From the IMG/VR virus record IMGVR_UViG_3300017589_000282, positions 1 through 55,424 of that record: DNA of 55,424 nucleotides; one strand, 5' to 3'. The notes beneath the pieces were generated by a model. It saw nothing but the letters and a program-made list of their open reading frames with translations, was not told the DNA's origin and did not search any database. Position numbers and translations under genes: made by a program. The number at the start of each line of letters is the position of its first letter. Position 1 is the stretch's first letter. Below are positions 34,013 through 43,702 of the stretch, piece after piece. Origin of the DNA: a virus. Taxonomy: Duplodnaviria > Caudoviricetes.

Positions 34013-34509
34013 CAAACAAGGAATTTGCCCTTTGGGTGTATGAAGCTGCAAAGAACGTGAGTGATATTGATCCTGTATTTATAGCAGCACAGGCGGCATT
34101 AGAATCGGGGTGGGGGAAGTCCGGCATTGGAAACAATCTATTTGGTATTACAAAAGGATCATGGACCGGACCAACAAAACTCGTATTGACTACAGAATAT
34201 CTCAGCAGACCTAATATAGCTTTCAAATCTCCCGAAAGCGTGGTATCTGTGAGTAAGGTAAATGAAAAGTGCTACAAATACAAAGTGCATCGGTTGTTTA
34301 GGGTTTACGGCTCCTTAGAGGAATGTTTGGCCGATCATCTTGCCATCTTAAAGAAACCACATTTTGCAGATGCCTGGGCGTTTAGAAGCGATGCGGAAGA
34401 GTATGTAAAGAGGTTGGTGGATAATGTTGGAGGGAAATACGCTACTGCGACAAACTATGTTCCCGTAATGCATTCAATTATTAATAAAATCAGAGGGTTC
34501 GTATCATGA
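34009..34509 (+). CDS. Endolysin, GH73 glucosaminidase
   Basis: AAQAALESGWG, NNLFGI, YATA..Y. Confidence 0.9.
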   Translation: MTNKEFALWVYEAAKNVSDIDPVFIAAQAALESGWGKSGIGNNLFGITKGSWTGPTKLVLTTEYLSRPNIAFKSPESVVSVSKVNEKCYKYKVHRLFRVYGSLEECLADHLAILKKPHFADAWAFRSDAEEYVKRLVDNVGGKYATATNYVPVMHSIINKIRGFVS

Positions 34510-34877
34510 AATGGTTAGTACTTGCATTGGTATTGATAACAGTTGGGTGTACACGTATGGTGTACATCCCTATTGGAGCTGTAAAGACTGAGTACAAAAA
34601 CAAGTTGTCTATCGATTCTATCTACTTGTATGATTCAGTCCATGTCAAAGAAAAGGGAGATACGGTAATAATTGAGAAATACAAGTATTCTTACCGGGAT
34701 AGGTTACGGGCTGACACAGTTATACAGAAAGATTCAATTAGAGTTCCATACCCGGTTGAAGTTGAAAAGAAGTTGACCTGGTGGCAGAAGATAAAGTTGG
34801 AGTTTGCAGATTGGTATCTATTGGCTACTTTATTGGTGATAGGATTCTTTGCTGTTAAGAAGCTGATAAATAAATAA
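34506..34877 (+). CDS. Putative unimolecular spanin-like lipoprotein
   Basis: Lipobox TVGC, beta-rich middle, C-terminal TM helix; follows the endolysin. Confidence 0.6.
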   Translation: MKWLVLALVLITVGCTRMVYIPIGAVKTEYKNKLSIDSIYLYDSVHVKEKGDTVIIEKYKYSYRDRLRADTVIQKDSIRVPYPVEVEKKLTWWQKIKLEFADWYLLATLLVIGFFAVKKLINK

Positions 34878-34906
34878 ACTGGTATATATAAACTTACATT
34901 CATGAA

Positions 34907-35314
34907 ATGATAAAAACGGCAACGATAACAAAAGCAACGATTCTATCTGATGTTTATCGGATAACATCGTATCAAGCCAGGAATACGGAGAACTTCGACA
35001 CTCTTTCTGCTTCTGCAGATGATAAGGATTTGGTGGAAAGTTTGCTTGATGATTCCGTAACTGAATTGCTTGATGAATTTAAGAAGCATAGTGCTTCTTT
35101 TACTGATCCGAATTTTAGTTTTACATTTCCATCGAATGTAGACGAATCCGGATTGCTTGGTCTTGAAAAGTCTATTAAAATGTTTCTCGTTTCAAGGGTG
35201 TGCTCAAAATGGTTTGACATAAACCATCTTGAAGCCGGGGTTCACGATAAGACTAGCATGCAACAAATTGTAAATATTAAAAGAATGTTTAATTTAAGAG
35301 TTAAACCCATATGA
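34907..35314 (+). CDS. Connector/ring-like protein, paralogue 1
   Basis: Shares pattern A..dd.D(v/l)...(f/y)li....W...R..P with the next two ORFs. Confidence 0.55.
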   Translation: MIKTATITKATILSDVYRITSYQARNTENFDTLSASADDKDLVESLLDDSVTELLDEFKKHSASFTDPNFSFTFPSNVDESGLLGLEKSIKMFLVSRVCSKWFDINHLEAGVHDKTSMQQIVNIKRMFNLRVKPI

Positions 35315-35802
35315 ATAAAATTACTTTTGAGTTTGAAAGAGAAGATTTACTTAAGCAAATCAAACTACATGCATATTATTCCGGAAGTTCCAGAAAAGAA
35401 CAAGATGAAACAAATGGTGTGTATTCAAAGATGCAGGCAAGCGATGAAAACGATGATGTGTTAGATAGATTCGTTGATAAATCATTGAGCTTGGTTGCTT
35501 CGTTAATAGGTAAATTGTTATCAGATGTTGTTGTTACTATGGGGGAGAAAGTAGTTTCTCAAACAGCAGTATCTACGAAGATCACCATTGATGTAGATGT
35601 TCCAATAACGTTTGATGGTTCAAGGAAACCATTCATACACGAGTGCATCAAAGATTACATCATAAACTGGTCATTGTACGAATGGTATCTTTTGGTAAAC
35701 CCGGGAGAGGCCAAAGTATGCTTTGAGAATTGTGGATTAACAGAGGTTAGTCTTAAGAAACATGTTAATAGTAGAAAGAAACCTGTTAAACGTATTCCAT
35801 AA
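35311..35802 (+). CDS. Connector/ring-like protein, paralogue 2
   Basis: IKLHAYYSG, ASDENDDVL, IKDYIINWSLYEW, RKKPVKR. Confidence 0.55.
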   Translation: MNKITFEFEREDLLKQIKLHAYYSGSSRKEQDETNGVYSKMQASDENDDVLDRFVDKSLSLVASLIGKLLSDVVVTMGEKVVSQTAVSTKITIDVDVPITFDGSRKPFIHECIKDYIINWSLYEWYLLVNPGEAKVCFENCGLTEVSLKKHVNSRKKPVKRIP

Positions 35803-36284
35803 TGTTAGTAAATCTTGAAATAAACAGAGAGTCTATTCTTTATAGTGTAAAGCTGCAATCGCATTACTTTGGAGAATACGCAAAAGAGGGTGGGGACGGT
35901 GTTGCCACACTTGCGCAAGCGCATGATGGAGATGATGATGTTCTCAACAAATTTATTCAAACATCTGCGGCCAGGGTTATAGATATTCTTACTCCTTATT
36001 TGAAAACGGCCGATTATTCAGAGGGTGAATCAATGAGTGAGGGTGAACTTTTAAACACGTTTCTTTACGCTTTTGATTTCCCGGCCAACTTTGACAAGAA
36101 TCAAATGTTATTAGAATCAATCAAGGATTACATGATCAACTATACTTTGTATCGTTGGTGTGTGTTAACTAAGAAAAACGAAGCCCAAACTTATGAGATT
36201 GAAATGAGTAGATCGGAAGATGGATTGAAGAAAAGAGTAAATCAGCGAAGTTCTCCGGTAAGAAGAAAATTGCAGCCATTTTGA
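35802..36284 (+). CDS. Connector/ring-like protein, paralogue 3
   Basis: VKLQSHYFG, AHDGDDDVL, IKDYMINYTLYRW, RSSPVRR. Confidence 0.55.
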   Translation: MLVNLEINRESILYSVKLQSHYFGEYAKEGGDGVATLAQAHDGDDDVLNKFIQTSAARVIDILTPYLKTADYSEGESMSEGELLNTFLYAFDFPANFDKNQMLLESIKDYMINYTLYRWCVLTKKNEAQTYEIEMSRSEDGLKKRVNQRSSPVRRKLQPF

Positions 36285-36312
36285 TCAAATGACTATCAAA
36301 TAACAATCAAAT

Positions 36313-36343
36313 AAGAAAGCCGGGTAATTAGCCCGGCTTCTTT
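36313..36343. terminator. Bidirectional terminator between convergent operons
   Basis: aagaaagccggg taattag cccggcttcttt. Confidence 0.8.
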
Positions 36344-36345
36344 GT

Positions 36346-38964
36346 TTATCTTAATCTGTTTTCAAATGCTTCATCTACCATTACTTCGACAAAGTTCAAT
36401 GCGACATCGGTCCTAACTCCTCCAACCAAACAGAATACAAAATACTTATACGCTTTTGTTTTGTTCATTTTGGTTATTAAATCTCGAATGTCTTTAATCT
36501 TCTCTGTTCCGGCTATGTATGTGAAGTTTTGAGTATCGTTACTTCCCAGGATATAGAATCCACAAGAGCTGAACATGGTCAACGGATTGCCTCGGTATAA
36601 AACAGCTTCACCCCTTATGTTTAAATCGGACAGGGACGGTCTTACAACGCCTCTTAAGGCTGATTGTATTATTCTCTTATGACTTAAGGAACCCAGTTTA
36701 ATAGGTCTTGTAATTAACGCTATATCGTTTACTGTTCTATGGGGGTTTTGAATCTCATAGATAGCAAAGGGAGATGTACCAGTTACTGCAAGGCACTCCG
36801 GGTATGAATTAAGGAACGAATCTATTTTCAAGGATAACTTATACCATTGACGGCTTGTCATACTGTAGACATAGCTATAGTTAAAGCTCTTGTTCGCTAC
36901 GATGATTTCTTTTTCCTGGTAATTATACCCAATCTCTGCATTCTCTAAGTAGTATTTAAACTCGGTCGTTGATGCTGCCAGTTTTGGGATGGCCATAATC
37001 TTCTGAATAACCGGATCGGATATTGAAGACGGTAAATAGCCATATATGCTATCAGAAAGGCGTTGAGATTCTGCACCGGATATAGCCATTAGACCTGAAT
37101 CCGTTGCAAATACTACGGCTGAATCTATTGGCGTAACCTTTCTATTTGTACAAACATCACGAGATACCGGAGATACAGAGGAATAGACTACATTCGAACC
37201 TACTTGCATCGCATAAACTCCTTCATCGGTGAAAACATACAATGGGTATTGGCCGAACTGCCCCTGCGATATCGCTGCAGTATTTGAGCAAAGAGAAAGA
37301 ACTTCACCATTTCCTGCAGTGTAAGTATTTATAGCCGGGAAGAAAAAGGGATTTGATATTTCGGAAACTTTTATTTTTGATGGCGAAAACTCTACATTAT
37401 TTTCCGCTAAAGGGACGACCAATTGAGGTATGACGGTAAACGAATCAAGCCTGTGTATTGTGTCTGATAGACAATAGGCCATATTTAATGATTCTGACGG
37501 CTTTAGTTCAAATTCCTTTTTGTAGACAGAAGTTCCACTTGCAAAACAAATAATCATCTTGTAGGCTCTTACATCCGGATAACTCAGATAAGAAGAAATG
37601 CCGTATATATTCAAACCAGTGGAAGCGAATTGATTTACAACTTTTGATATTCCTGCATTTGTTTTTGAGTGAACCTCTATATATCCACTCCCAAGAGGGA
37701 AAGACGTTTTTGTTTTGTCCGCATCGCTCCGTATTTGATTGTTCTCAAAAACGAAATGTTTTATATCGTGTCCCTTGAATAACTTAGCTTTGATTGCTGC
37801 TATGTGTAGTCTACCATTGTAGGAGTATACTGTTCCTGGAATAGAATCCACATGAGAAAACTCATCATCGGGTAGGGTATCTTTACCGGAAATATCATCA
37901 ATTGGGAATATGGTGTATTCCCCGGATGTTAATCCAATACTAAGGGTTTTATAGAATATACCCTGCGTTTCAATCTTTTTGTTGATGTCCTCTTGTGTAT
38001 ATTTCTCTAGTTCTATAGCGTGATGAACAAGCCCCACGAAAATAGAATTATCCACTATATGAGTGTACTTTTTATTAAAATCAACCCATTCAAACTGAGG
38101 AGAAACAAAAACATCTATTCCGGTTACAATTTCTTTCCAGGCTTCTATTGCAGATTGATTCGGATGCGTAATATTCATTTTCAAAATATAGCTTCCAAGT
38201 GCAGTGCTAAATACCATTGATTTGGCGCTGACTCCATCTATTGTTGTAGATGTACCCAATCTTACCGTAGAATTGTCTACATTGAACATAACTGGAATAT
38301 GAGAGGATTCTATGTAAATAGGACATGATTGGTACATATAGCTTCCGTCATACATTTTGTAGGCATATCGAACAAGTACGGGAAATACAAAACGTTTGTT
38401 TTTCTTTATCTTGTCATACACTTTCAAGAATCCCCCATTAATAGCATTGCTTACGTTTGTTTCGTTTTCTGGACCCAGTGGTGCAGGAAGTGAAGATATT
38501 GGCACGTAAGGAGAAAGGGCTACGCTTAAATCATTCTCTGCAACCTGTGCCAGGGATGTTACTTCAAATCGGACGTTAGGAATAGGTGGTTTACTTCCGA
38601 TATCTTTGTATGTGTCTTCATATTTGAGATACCTAATGCCCTTATCCGTTGTAATGATAAGCATATTGCCAATATGCGTGATTCCATAGCTCTCGCTGCT
38701 TTCAGTATATATAAGTTCTTCACCAAAATAAAACGACTTCGTTCCTGGTGTTGCTTCATCTAAAAGTATGACATTCTCATAGTTTGAGTTTTTATGAATG
38801 TGTACGGGTTTGAATGCGTGGGTACTCCTTTGAATTGGTTTCCCCACTGGTACGATTGATCCATTCTTAACCCTCGCATTTATCAACTCCATACATTCCC
38901 CATCCTGGGAAATTTGATCGTCTGTGTGCCGGGTGATGCCGGACAAGGTTACATTCTTTTTCAT
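36346..38964 (-). CDS. Putative tail nozzle/stabilisation protein (tail tubular B-like, beta-propeller)
   Basis: 872 aa, beta-rich; DGECMELINAR N-terminus; GQFGQYPLYVFTDEGVYAM; coupled to the portal gene. Confidence 0.6.
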   Translation of the reverse strand: MKKNVTLSGITRHTDDQISQDGECMELINARVKNGSIVPVGKPIQRSTHAFKPVHIHKNSNYENVILLDEATPGTKSFYFGEELIYTESSESYGITHIGNMLIITTDKGIRYLKYEDTYKDIGSKPPIPNVRFEVTSLAQVAENDLSVALSPYVPISSLPAPLGPENETNVSNAINGGFLKVYDKIKKNKRFVFPVLVRYAYKMYDGSYMYQSCPIYIESSHIPVMFNVDNSTVRLGTSTTIDGVSAKSMVFSTALGSYILKMNITHPNQSAIEAWKEIVTGIDVFVSPQFEWVDFNKKYTHIVDNSIFVGLVHHAIELEKYTQEDINKKIETQGIFYKTLSIGLTSGEYTIFPIDDISGKDTLPDDEFSHVDSIPGTVYSYNGRLHIAAIKAKLFKGHDIKHFVFENNQIRSDADKTKTSFPLGSGYIEVHSKTNAGISKVVNQFASTGLNIYGISSYLSYPDVRAYKMIICFASGTSVYKKEFELKPSESLNMAYCLSDTIHRLDSFTVIPQLVVPLAENNVEFSPSKIKVSEISNPFFFPAINTYTAGNGEVLSLCSNTAAISQGQFGQYPLYVFTDEGVYAMQVGSNVVYSSVSPVSRDVCTNRKVTPIDSAVVFATDSGLMAISGAESQRLSDSIYGYLPSSISDPVIQKIMAIPKLAASTTEFKYYLENAEIGYNYQEKEIIVANKSFNYSYVYSMTSRQWYKLSLKIDSFLNSYPECLAVTGTSPFAIYEIQNPHRTVNDIALITRPIKLGSLSHKRIIQSALRGVVRPSLSDLNIRGEAVLYRGNPLTMFSSCGFYILGSNDTQNFTYIAGTEKIKDIRDLITKMNKTKAYKYFVFCLVGGVRTDVALNFVEVMVDEAFENRLR

Positions 38965-40898
38965 TGCATTGGGGGTATTGGTTGTTGTGCTTCCATGTTT
39001 GGAATTTGTTGTCCGGCTCCGGGCATTCCCTGGTTTTGTTCCGCAAGTTGCGCTTGCTGTGATTCCATCAACTCTCTGCGCTGTTGAACCTTTTGAAGAA
39101 TCTTATCAGCGTTAGGGAATTGACCAACTTCCAACAATTCCTCTACCATGATTGCACCCTTTTCGAACAAGGTCATTAAGAACTCGTTCTGCAACATCCT
39201 ATAAGCAGGTGAAGCGGTACTTTCGGTAAGAGAAAGATCAACGTCTGTATTTCTAACCTTGTTTGGATCGTAAATCTTTGATTGTTTTGTATAGTTTGCA
39301 CCTGCAATGTTAAGGTAGCGCACATCTGTGTAGAATTGCTGCTGTAGCCGCATCATCTTAGAATCTCTATCCTCCCTTAGTTGTCGGTAGGATTCCATAA
39401 CATCTACAAGGTTTATAGAGCTGTTTTGTGTCTGTTGTGCGTATAAAGCTCCGGATGTACCGGATTGCGCCCCTTGTCCCTGCATAGCCCCGGAAACACC
39501 GGAAATATCCTCTAATAATTTTAGCTGAACATTTAGCATGTCATAAACTCCGGAGTTTGAAGTATTAGCTACAATCTGTTGTGGTGCAGGAACACCCGGT
39601 TTGGCTTTGTAATATATAATCCCATTGTATGCGCTCCATTCTTCTGCGATCTCGTCCATACTCATACCCTCCGGTTTAGAATCTTCCGGGAACATAAGCA
39701 AGCCTTTTGCGGCTGCCGACATAATGAAGTCTTGTGTAGTAATTAAGCGGTTGATATACCTTTGCTGATCTACGAAGTCAGAAACAAAAGAGTGAACTTC
39801 ACTATTGAAAAAAGGGTATAACTTGAAAGAGTAGGGGTGTGACTTATGCCAGTAAGGTGTTTCCCCTTGCTTTAGTATATCACCATATGGCGACATGAAT
39901 CTAAAATACCAAAAACGATCTGTAAACTCCTGGAACTCTAACAGCTTCATATCATCCTCTGAAACACCCATCGCTAGTTGTTCCTGGTAACGCTGATTGT
40001 TGGTAGCTTCAAGGTCTGACTTTCTGTTTAGTTCTACCTTGTAGTATTCACCGGAAAGCCAATCATGCACACGTAGTCTTTTCTTTGTTTCTTTTCTCCA
40101 TAATTCAATTACCCTGCATCTGTTGAAATCATCCGGAACAAAGAAGTCCATTTCTGTGAGCTTCCTTTGAGTTAGGTTTTCAACGTTTGTCATAATACCT
40201 TCCTTTGTATTGGAGCGATATATATCACGTATCTGCCAATCGTTTTCCGGAGTTGAGAATTGCGCAATAACATCATCAATTGCAAGATCATGCACTTGAC
40301 CTATAAGAGTACAATCCCAATGGCGAGGGTCCTCCATGTACTTATCAAAAAACATTTTGTTGTAGTTGACTGAATCTACCCATACGTCCATCATACATGG
40401 TTCGTCTTTCCAGGCATAATAGGACCGGAAGAAAGCGGAGCCAGTAACAAGGAATGATTCCAGGTTTCGTCTATCAAGTTCCCACAAACGGTTTCTTTGG
40501 TATGCGTATTGAACTGTAGCCGACATCATTTCACCCAATCCTTGTTCGTCCCGGTCCCTGGCCACACATACGGGTTCGGTTTGATTGTTGGAGAATTGAC
40601 CAAGCACATTACGAACCAGGGAACGTACCCTATTATTCTTTAAAGGTACTTTGCCCTGGCTCTTAATGTAATCTTCCTCTCTAATCTTCTTACCATTAAC
40701 TACTACATAATCTCCCCACTGGTTCCCAAAAGTGTACATAGCATTCCGCTTTGCTTCCTCCCTAAAATCTCTTAGAGATTCCCAGGCGTAATAAGCATCA
40801 TAAAGTGCATTGATATCCTTTGTGATTGGCTGGTCTTTTTTCTTACCAGTTTTCTTTTGTGAGGGAAAAAGCCTTTTACTGAAATTAATGTCATTCAT
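38961..40898 (-). CDS. Portal protein (P22-like)
   Basis: 645 aa; GNQW, PLKNNRVR..V..VLG, DQQRYINR, ISGVS.AMQG; Q-rich barrel-like C-terminus. Confidence 0.85.
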   Translation of the reverse strand: MNDINFSKRLFPSQKKTGKKKDQPITKDINALYDAYYAWESLRDFREEAKRNAMYTFGNQWGDYVVVNGKKIREEDYIKSQGKVPLKNNRVRSLVRNVLGQFSNNQTEPVCVARDRDEQGLGEMMSATVQYAYQRNRLWELDRRNLESFLVTGSAFFRSYYAWKDEPCMMDVWVDSVNYNKMFFDKYMEDPRHWDCTLIGQVHDLAIDDVIAQFSTPENDWQIRDIYRSNTKEGIMTNVENLTQRKLTEMDFFVPDDFNRCRVIELWRKETKKRLRVHDWLSGEYYKVELNRKSDLEATNNQRYQEQLAMGVSEDDMKLLEFQEFTDRFWYFRFMSPYGDILKQGETPYWHKSHPYSFKLYPFFNSEVHSFVSDFVDQQRYINRLITTQDFIMSAAAKGLLMFPEDSKPEGMSMDEIAEEWSAYNGIIYYKAKPGVPAPQQIVANTSNSGVYDMLNVQLKLLEDISGVSGAMQGQGAQSGTSGALYAQQTQNSSINLVDVMESYRQLREDRDSKMMRLQQQFYTDVRYLNIAGANYTKQSKIYDPNKVRNTDVDLSLTESTASPAYRMLQNEFLMTLFEKGAIMVEELLEVGQFPNADKILQKVQQRRELMESQQAQLAEQNQGMPGAGQQIPNMEAQQPIPPMQ

Positions 40899-40917
40899 AC
40901 ATAAAATAGTTTTATGT

Positions 40918-40959
40918 ACGAAATAAGTAGCTAATAGTCAATGGTGTTGTTCGTAAATT
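40918..40959 (-). promoter_or_regulatory. Late motif AATTTACG-N26-TATTTCGT
   Basis: cgtaaatt at 40952-40959 and acgaaata at 40918-40925, upstream of the portal gene. Confidence 0.7.
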
Positions 40960-40963
40960 GGAA

Positions 40964-41173
40964 TTATGAGATAGACTTTATTTTCTTGCCCTTGGCTTCA
41001 AGCTGCTTTACCCGGGCTTTAATCCTTTCCTTTTTGACAATGAATGTAGTATGCGCATTATCATCCAATACAATAGTGCCTGTTTTAACCTTGATTGACT
41101 TTGCTTTCTCCAGGCTTTCTTCGGCTATCTGTTTTTCGGACCGGATGTGTTCAAAATGTGATTTATTGTTCAT
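40964..41173 (-). CDS. Hypothetical protein
   Basis: 69 aa, tightly packed in the - strand operon. Confidence 0.6.
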   Translation of the reverse strand: MNNKSHFEHIRSEKQIAEESLEKAKSIKVKTGTIVLDDNAHTTFIVKKERIKARVKQLEAKGKKIKSIS

Positions 41174-41175
41174 GC

Positions 41176-41736
41176 TTAATATTGTTTTCCATGTTTATAC
41201 TCCCTTGTTTTGTTATACTGCATCTTCTGCTCGATATGCCAAAAGATGTCGATATTTTTCAACTCGCAATACGTCTGAATTATACACATTGCTTCAATAA
41301 TACAGCCTCTAGTTATCATTTCGCACAAATCAAAACAGAACTCGGGAAACGAGCGATTTTCCAACTCTTTGAGTGTGTCTTTTACATAATCAAGATACTC
41401 AGATAAATCGGGTATTCTTATATCTTGCGCTCCGGCTAAATCCAATAATCGAATGTAAGCGTCTGAAATTTCATCCTCAACAGTATCTTTGATATGCATA
41501 TTGAACGTACGATGAAGCAACTCAGGCTTATCCTCCCAGGTGTAACCATTTGTCCACGATACAAATTCAGATTTATGAGATCGATACCCTTTTCTGTCAG
41601 CTTCGATTGCCTCTGAAAGTTCTGTGATAACCATCATCAAGCAATGTCTTCCACTATAGTCTTTTTCCCAAAACCCGTTTTCAACAGCCTGTTCGTGGGC
41701 TTGTTTACTTAATTCGTTTAACTTATTTAGATTCAT
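41176..41736 (-). CDS. MazG-like NTP pyrophosphohydrolase
   Basis: ITELSEAIEADRK...EDEISDAYIRLLD...KMQYN.TR...HGK; ATG at 41736 preferred. Confidence 0.75.
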   Translation of the reverse strand: MNLNKLNELSKQAHEQAVENGFWEKDYSGRHCLMMVITELSEAIEADRKGYRSHKSEFVSWTNGYTWEDKPELLHRTFNMHIKDTVEDEISDAYIRLLDLAGAQDIRIPDLSEYLDYVKDTLKELENRSFPEFCFDLCEMITRGCIIEAMCIIQTYCELKNIDIFWHIEQKMQYNKTREYKHGKQY

Positions 41737-41989
41737 GTTCTCTGTTATTAGTGAAATTAAAGCAATCATTGATAGAATCAAACATTTCGATTTCCATTAT
41801 TTTCAAGAGCATTGAACGTCGTTCTTGAATAACACGCCTAACAAGTTTTATTGTGCGCCTGTTCTGTTTGCCTGTTACAAGAATAGTTTGCGTAAAACGT
41901 GCATATCCTGGCATATCGCTAACATATTCAGGCATATCGCAAATTGATATTTTTTTGATCTCCTTTTTAGTCTTTCTCGGTAATCTCAT
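41723..41989 (-). CDS. Small basic protein, RLPRKTKK paralogue A
   Basis: Similar to 42414..42692. Confidence 0.6.
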   Translation of the reverse strand: MRLPRKTKKEIKKISICDMPEYVSDMPGYARFTQTILVTGKQNRRTIKLVRRVIQERRSMLLKIMEIEMFDSINDCFNFTNNREHESK

Positions 41990-42267
41990 TTTTTTTGGTC
42001 TTTTTGAATTTTTATTAAATCGTTTTTAGCCTCTAACAAGGTCGTTTTATCTTTTATCTCTTTTGTTGAATAATCTAATCCCTTTTTATATCCAACCCTT
42101 TCGTGATGGACTTCTATAAGTGCTATTCCAGCCATAACAAGAATGAAGCCAATGGCAGATAACAGCGATTCAAATTCAATCTTAAAGGGATTTGTTGAAA
42201 CCTTTGTTTTCGCCAAAAATAAAAAGAGGACAACAATAGCTGCCCCCGCAATTAGTACATGTTTCAT
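41986..42267 (-). CDS. Small two-TM membrane protein
   Basis: Two hydrophobic helices; ATGA overlap. Confidence 0.65.
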   Translation of the reverse strand: MKHVLIAGAAIVVLFLFLAKTKVSTNPFKIEFESLLSAIGFILVMAGIALIEVHHERVGYKKGLDYSTKEIKDKTTLLEAKNDLIKIQKDQKK

Positions 42268-42413
42268 ATTTCTATTTGAATAAATATTTAATTAAAAATG
42301 ACTGATTTAACCGTCCCGAGTTGATAGCCGTCCGGAAATATAAAACAATGATAGTTAGTATGTTAGATATAAGTTCGGGAACTTCGGGAAAGCACTCCGG
42401 GAAGCATTCCCCC

Positions 42414-42692
42414 TTACTCCTTAAATCGGTTGTAGTAAACCTTGCCAATTAGATTGGGGTTGAGCATGTTTTCGCAAATAATCCTTTTGATTATTTTTCT
42501 TTTGTACTCTCCTTTTGGAATTGCTGCAAGCATCATTTCCCTTTCCATGAAAATCTTACTAATAATTTTCCTGGTCAACCTGTTCGGCTTTCCTACTACA
42601 TAAATTGATAGCGTTAAAAACCCATCGATTAAAGACCGTTTGATTTTTTTGAGTTCTTTTTTGGTTTTTCTCGGTAGCCTATATTTTTTCAT
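42414..42692 (-). CDS. Small basic protein, RLPRKTKK paralogue B
   Basis: RLPRKTKKELKK...VVGKPNRLTRK. Confidence 0.6.
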   Translation of the reverse strand: MKKYRLPRKTKKELKKIKRSLIDGFLTLSIYVVGKPNRLTRKIISKIFMEREMMLAAIPKGEYKRKIIKRIICENMLNPNLIGKVYYNRFKE

Positions 42693-42693
42693 G

Positions 42694-43143
42694 CTATTTC
42701 AAATAATTAAAGATTTGACTTTTGATTCCCTCTCTTTTCATGATCCCCTGTATAACCAGGGCTTCTGCAATCTTATCAGCTACAAAAAGAATCCCAGGAT
42801 CGTAAACTATTTCAATCCCCTTATTGCTATAAATTAAAAGCCCCCAGTTGTCCGGAAGATTGATGTCTTCCATTATTCCCTCCGGGCATAGATAAAATCT
42901 CTTTTCGCCTACAAGTTCTGCCGGGTTGATGTTTGATATTTTCTCAATGTCCCTTAATAGATCACCCCGGGAAACCTTTACTCTTATTGCTTGTGATGGA
43001 CAATCTCCAAAAGCAAATATGGTAGGCATCTCATAGCCTCCATACTCTAAACCTAGTGTAACGAATCTAGGCTTATTCCCTTGTATCAAACCAATTTCTT
43101 TAATATACCTGGTTCCGATATTGCAAAGCTCTCTGTGCTTCAT
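42694..43143 (-). CDS. MmcB/PD-(D/E)XK-like protein, apparently with a degenerate active site
   Basis: KVSRGDLLRD, GEKRFYLCPEG and LP.NWGLL motifs; expected PD and ExK read PT and RVK. Confidence 0.55.
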   Translation of the reverse strand: MKHRELCNIGTRYIKEIGLIQGNKPRFVTLGLEYGGYEMPTIFAFGDCPSQAIRVKVSRGDLLRDIEKISNINPAELVGEKRFYLCPEGIMEDINLPDNWGLLIYSNKGIEIVYDPGILFVADKIAEALVIQGIMKREGIKSQIFNYLK

Positions 43144-43163
43144 TTCTATTCTTTTTATGTTGT

Positions 43164-43391
43164 TTATACTTCCTGTTCAATAGGATCATTAACGATACTG
43201 TATTCAGCAACTCTCTTCCCGTTTATCTTTATAATGGTTGAAGAAATGTTTGTTCCCTCTTTTCTTAGATCATAGATTCTACCGGAAAGACGAAAGCACC
43301 CAAATAATCTGAGTGCTTCCATGGCTGTGATTGTGTTACCTTGTAAAAGGTATTCTCTAATTTGATACGATTGCGATTCTAGTTCATTCAT
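43164..43391 (-). CDS. Winged HTH protein (HTH_39-like)
   Basis: SQ..I.EYL..G..IT..EAL..FGCFRL..RI.DLR. Confidence 0.8.
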   Translation of the reverse strand: MNELESQSYQIREYLLQGNTITAMEALRLFGCFRLSGRIYDLRKEGTNISSTIIKINGKRVAEYSIVNDPIEQEV

Positions 43392-43702
43392 TTTTGAAAT
43401 ATTGGTTCTTGATGAATAGGTTTAATATTTACATTCTTCTTATCCTTTGGGATCAGCTCTTTTGGCAAGAACTCTCCAAATTCACGAATCATGTTTATTT
43501 TTAACATCTGAGTGTGTTTCTTATCAACATCAAAAGAGGCTGCAATAATATTCCATGCAGCCCCCTTTGTTATTCCCTTGTTAATGTTGGAGACGTGCTT
43601 CCAATCTTTAACCCCCGTCTTTGCTGTTTCTAGCATTTGCAATAGCTGTTCGTTTGTTATCACTTCAGTTATGATTCTGGCTTTGTATGTTTTCATATAC
43701 AA
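43388..43702 (-). CDS. Hypothetical protein
   Basis: 104 aa, ATGA overlap. Confidence 0.65.
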   Translation of the reverse strand: MYMKTYKARIITEVITNEQLLQMLETAKTGVKDWKHVSNINKGITKGAAWNIIAASFDVDKKHTQMLKINMIREFGEFLPKELIPKDKKNVNIKPIHQEPIFQK

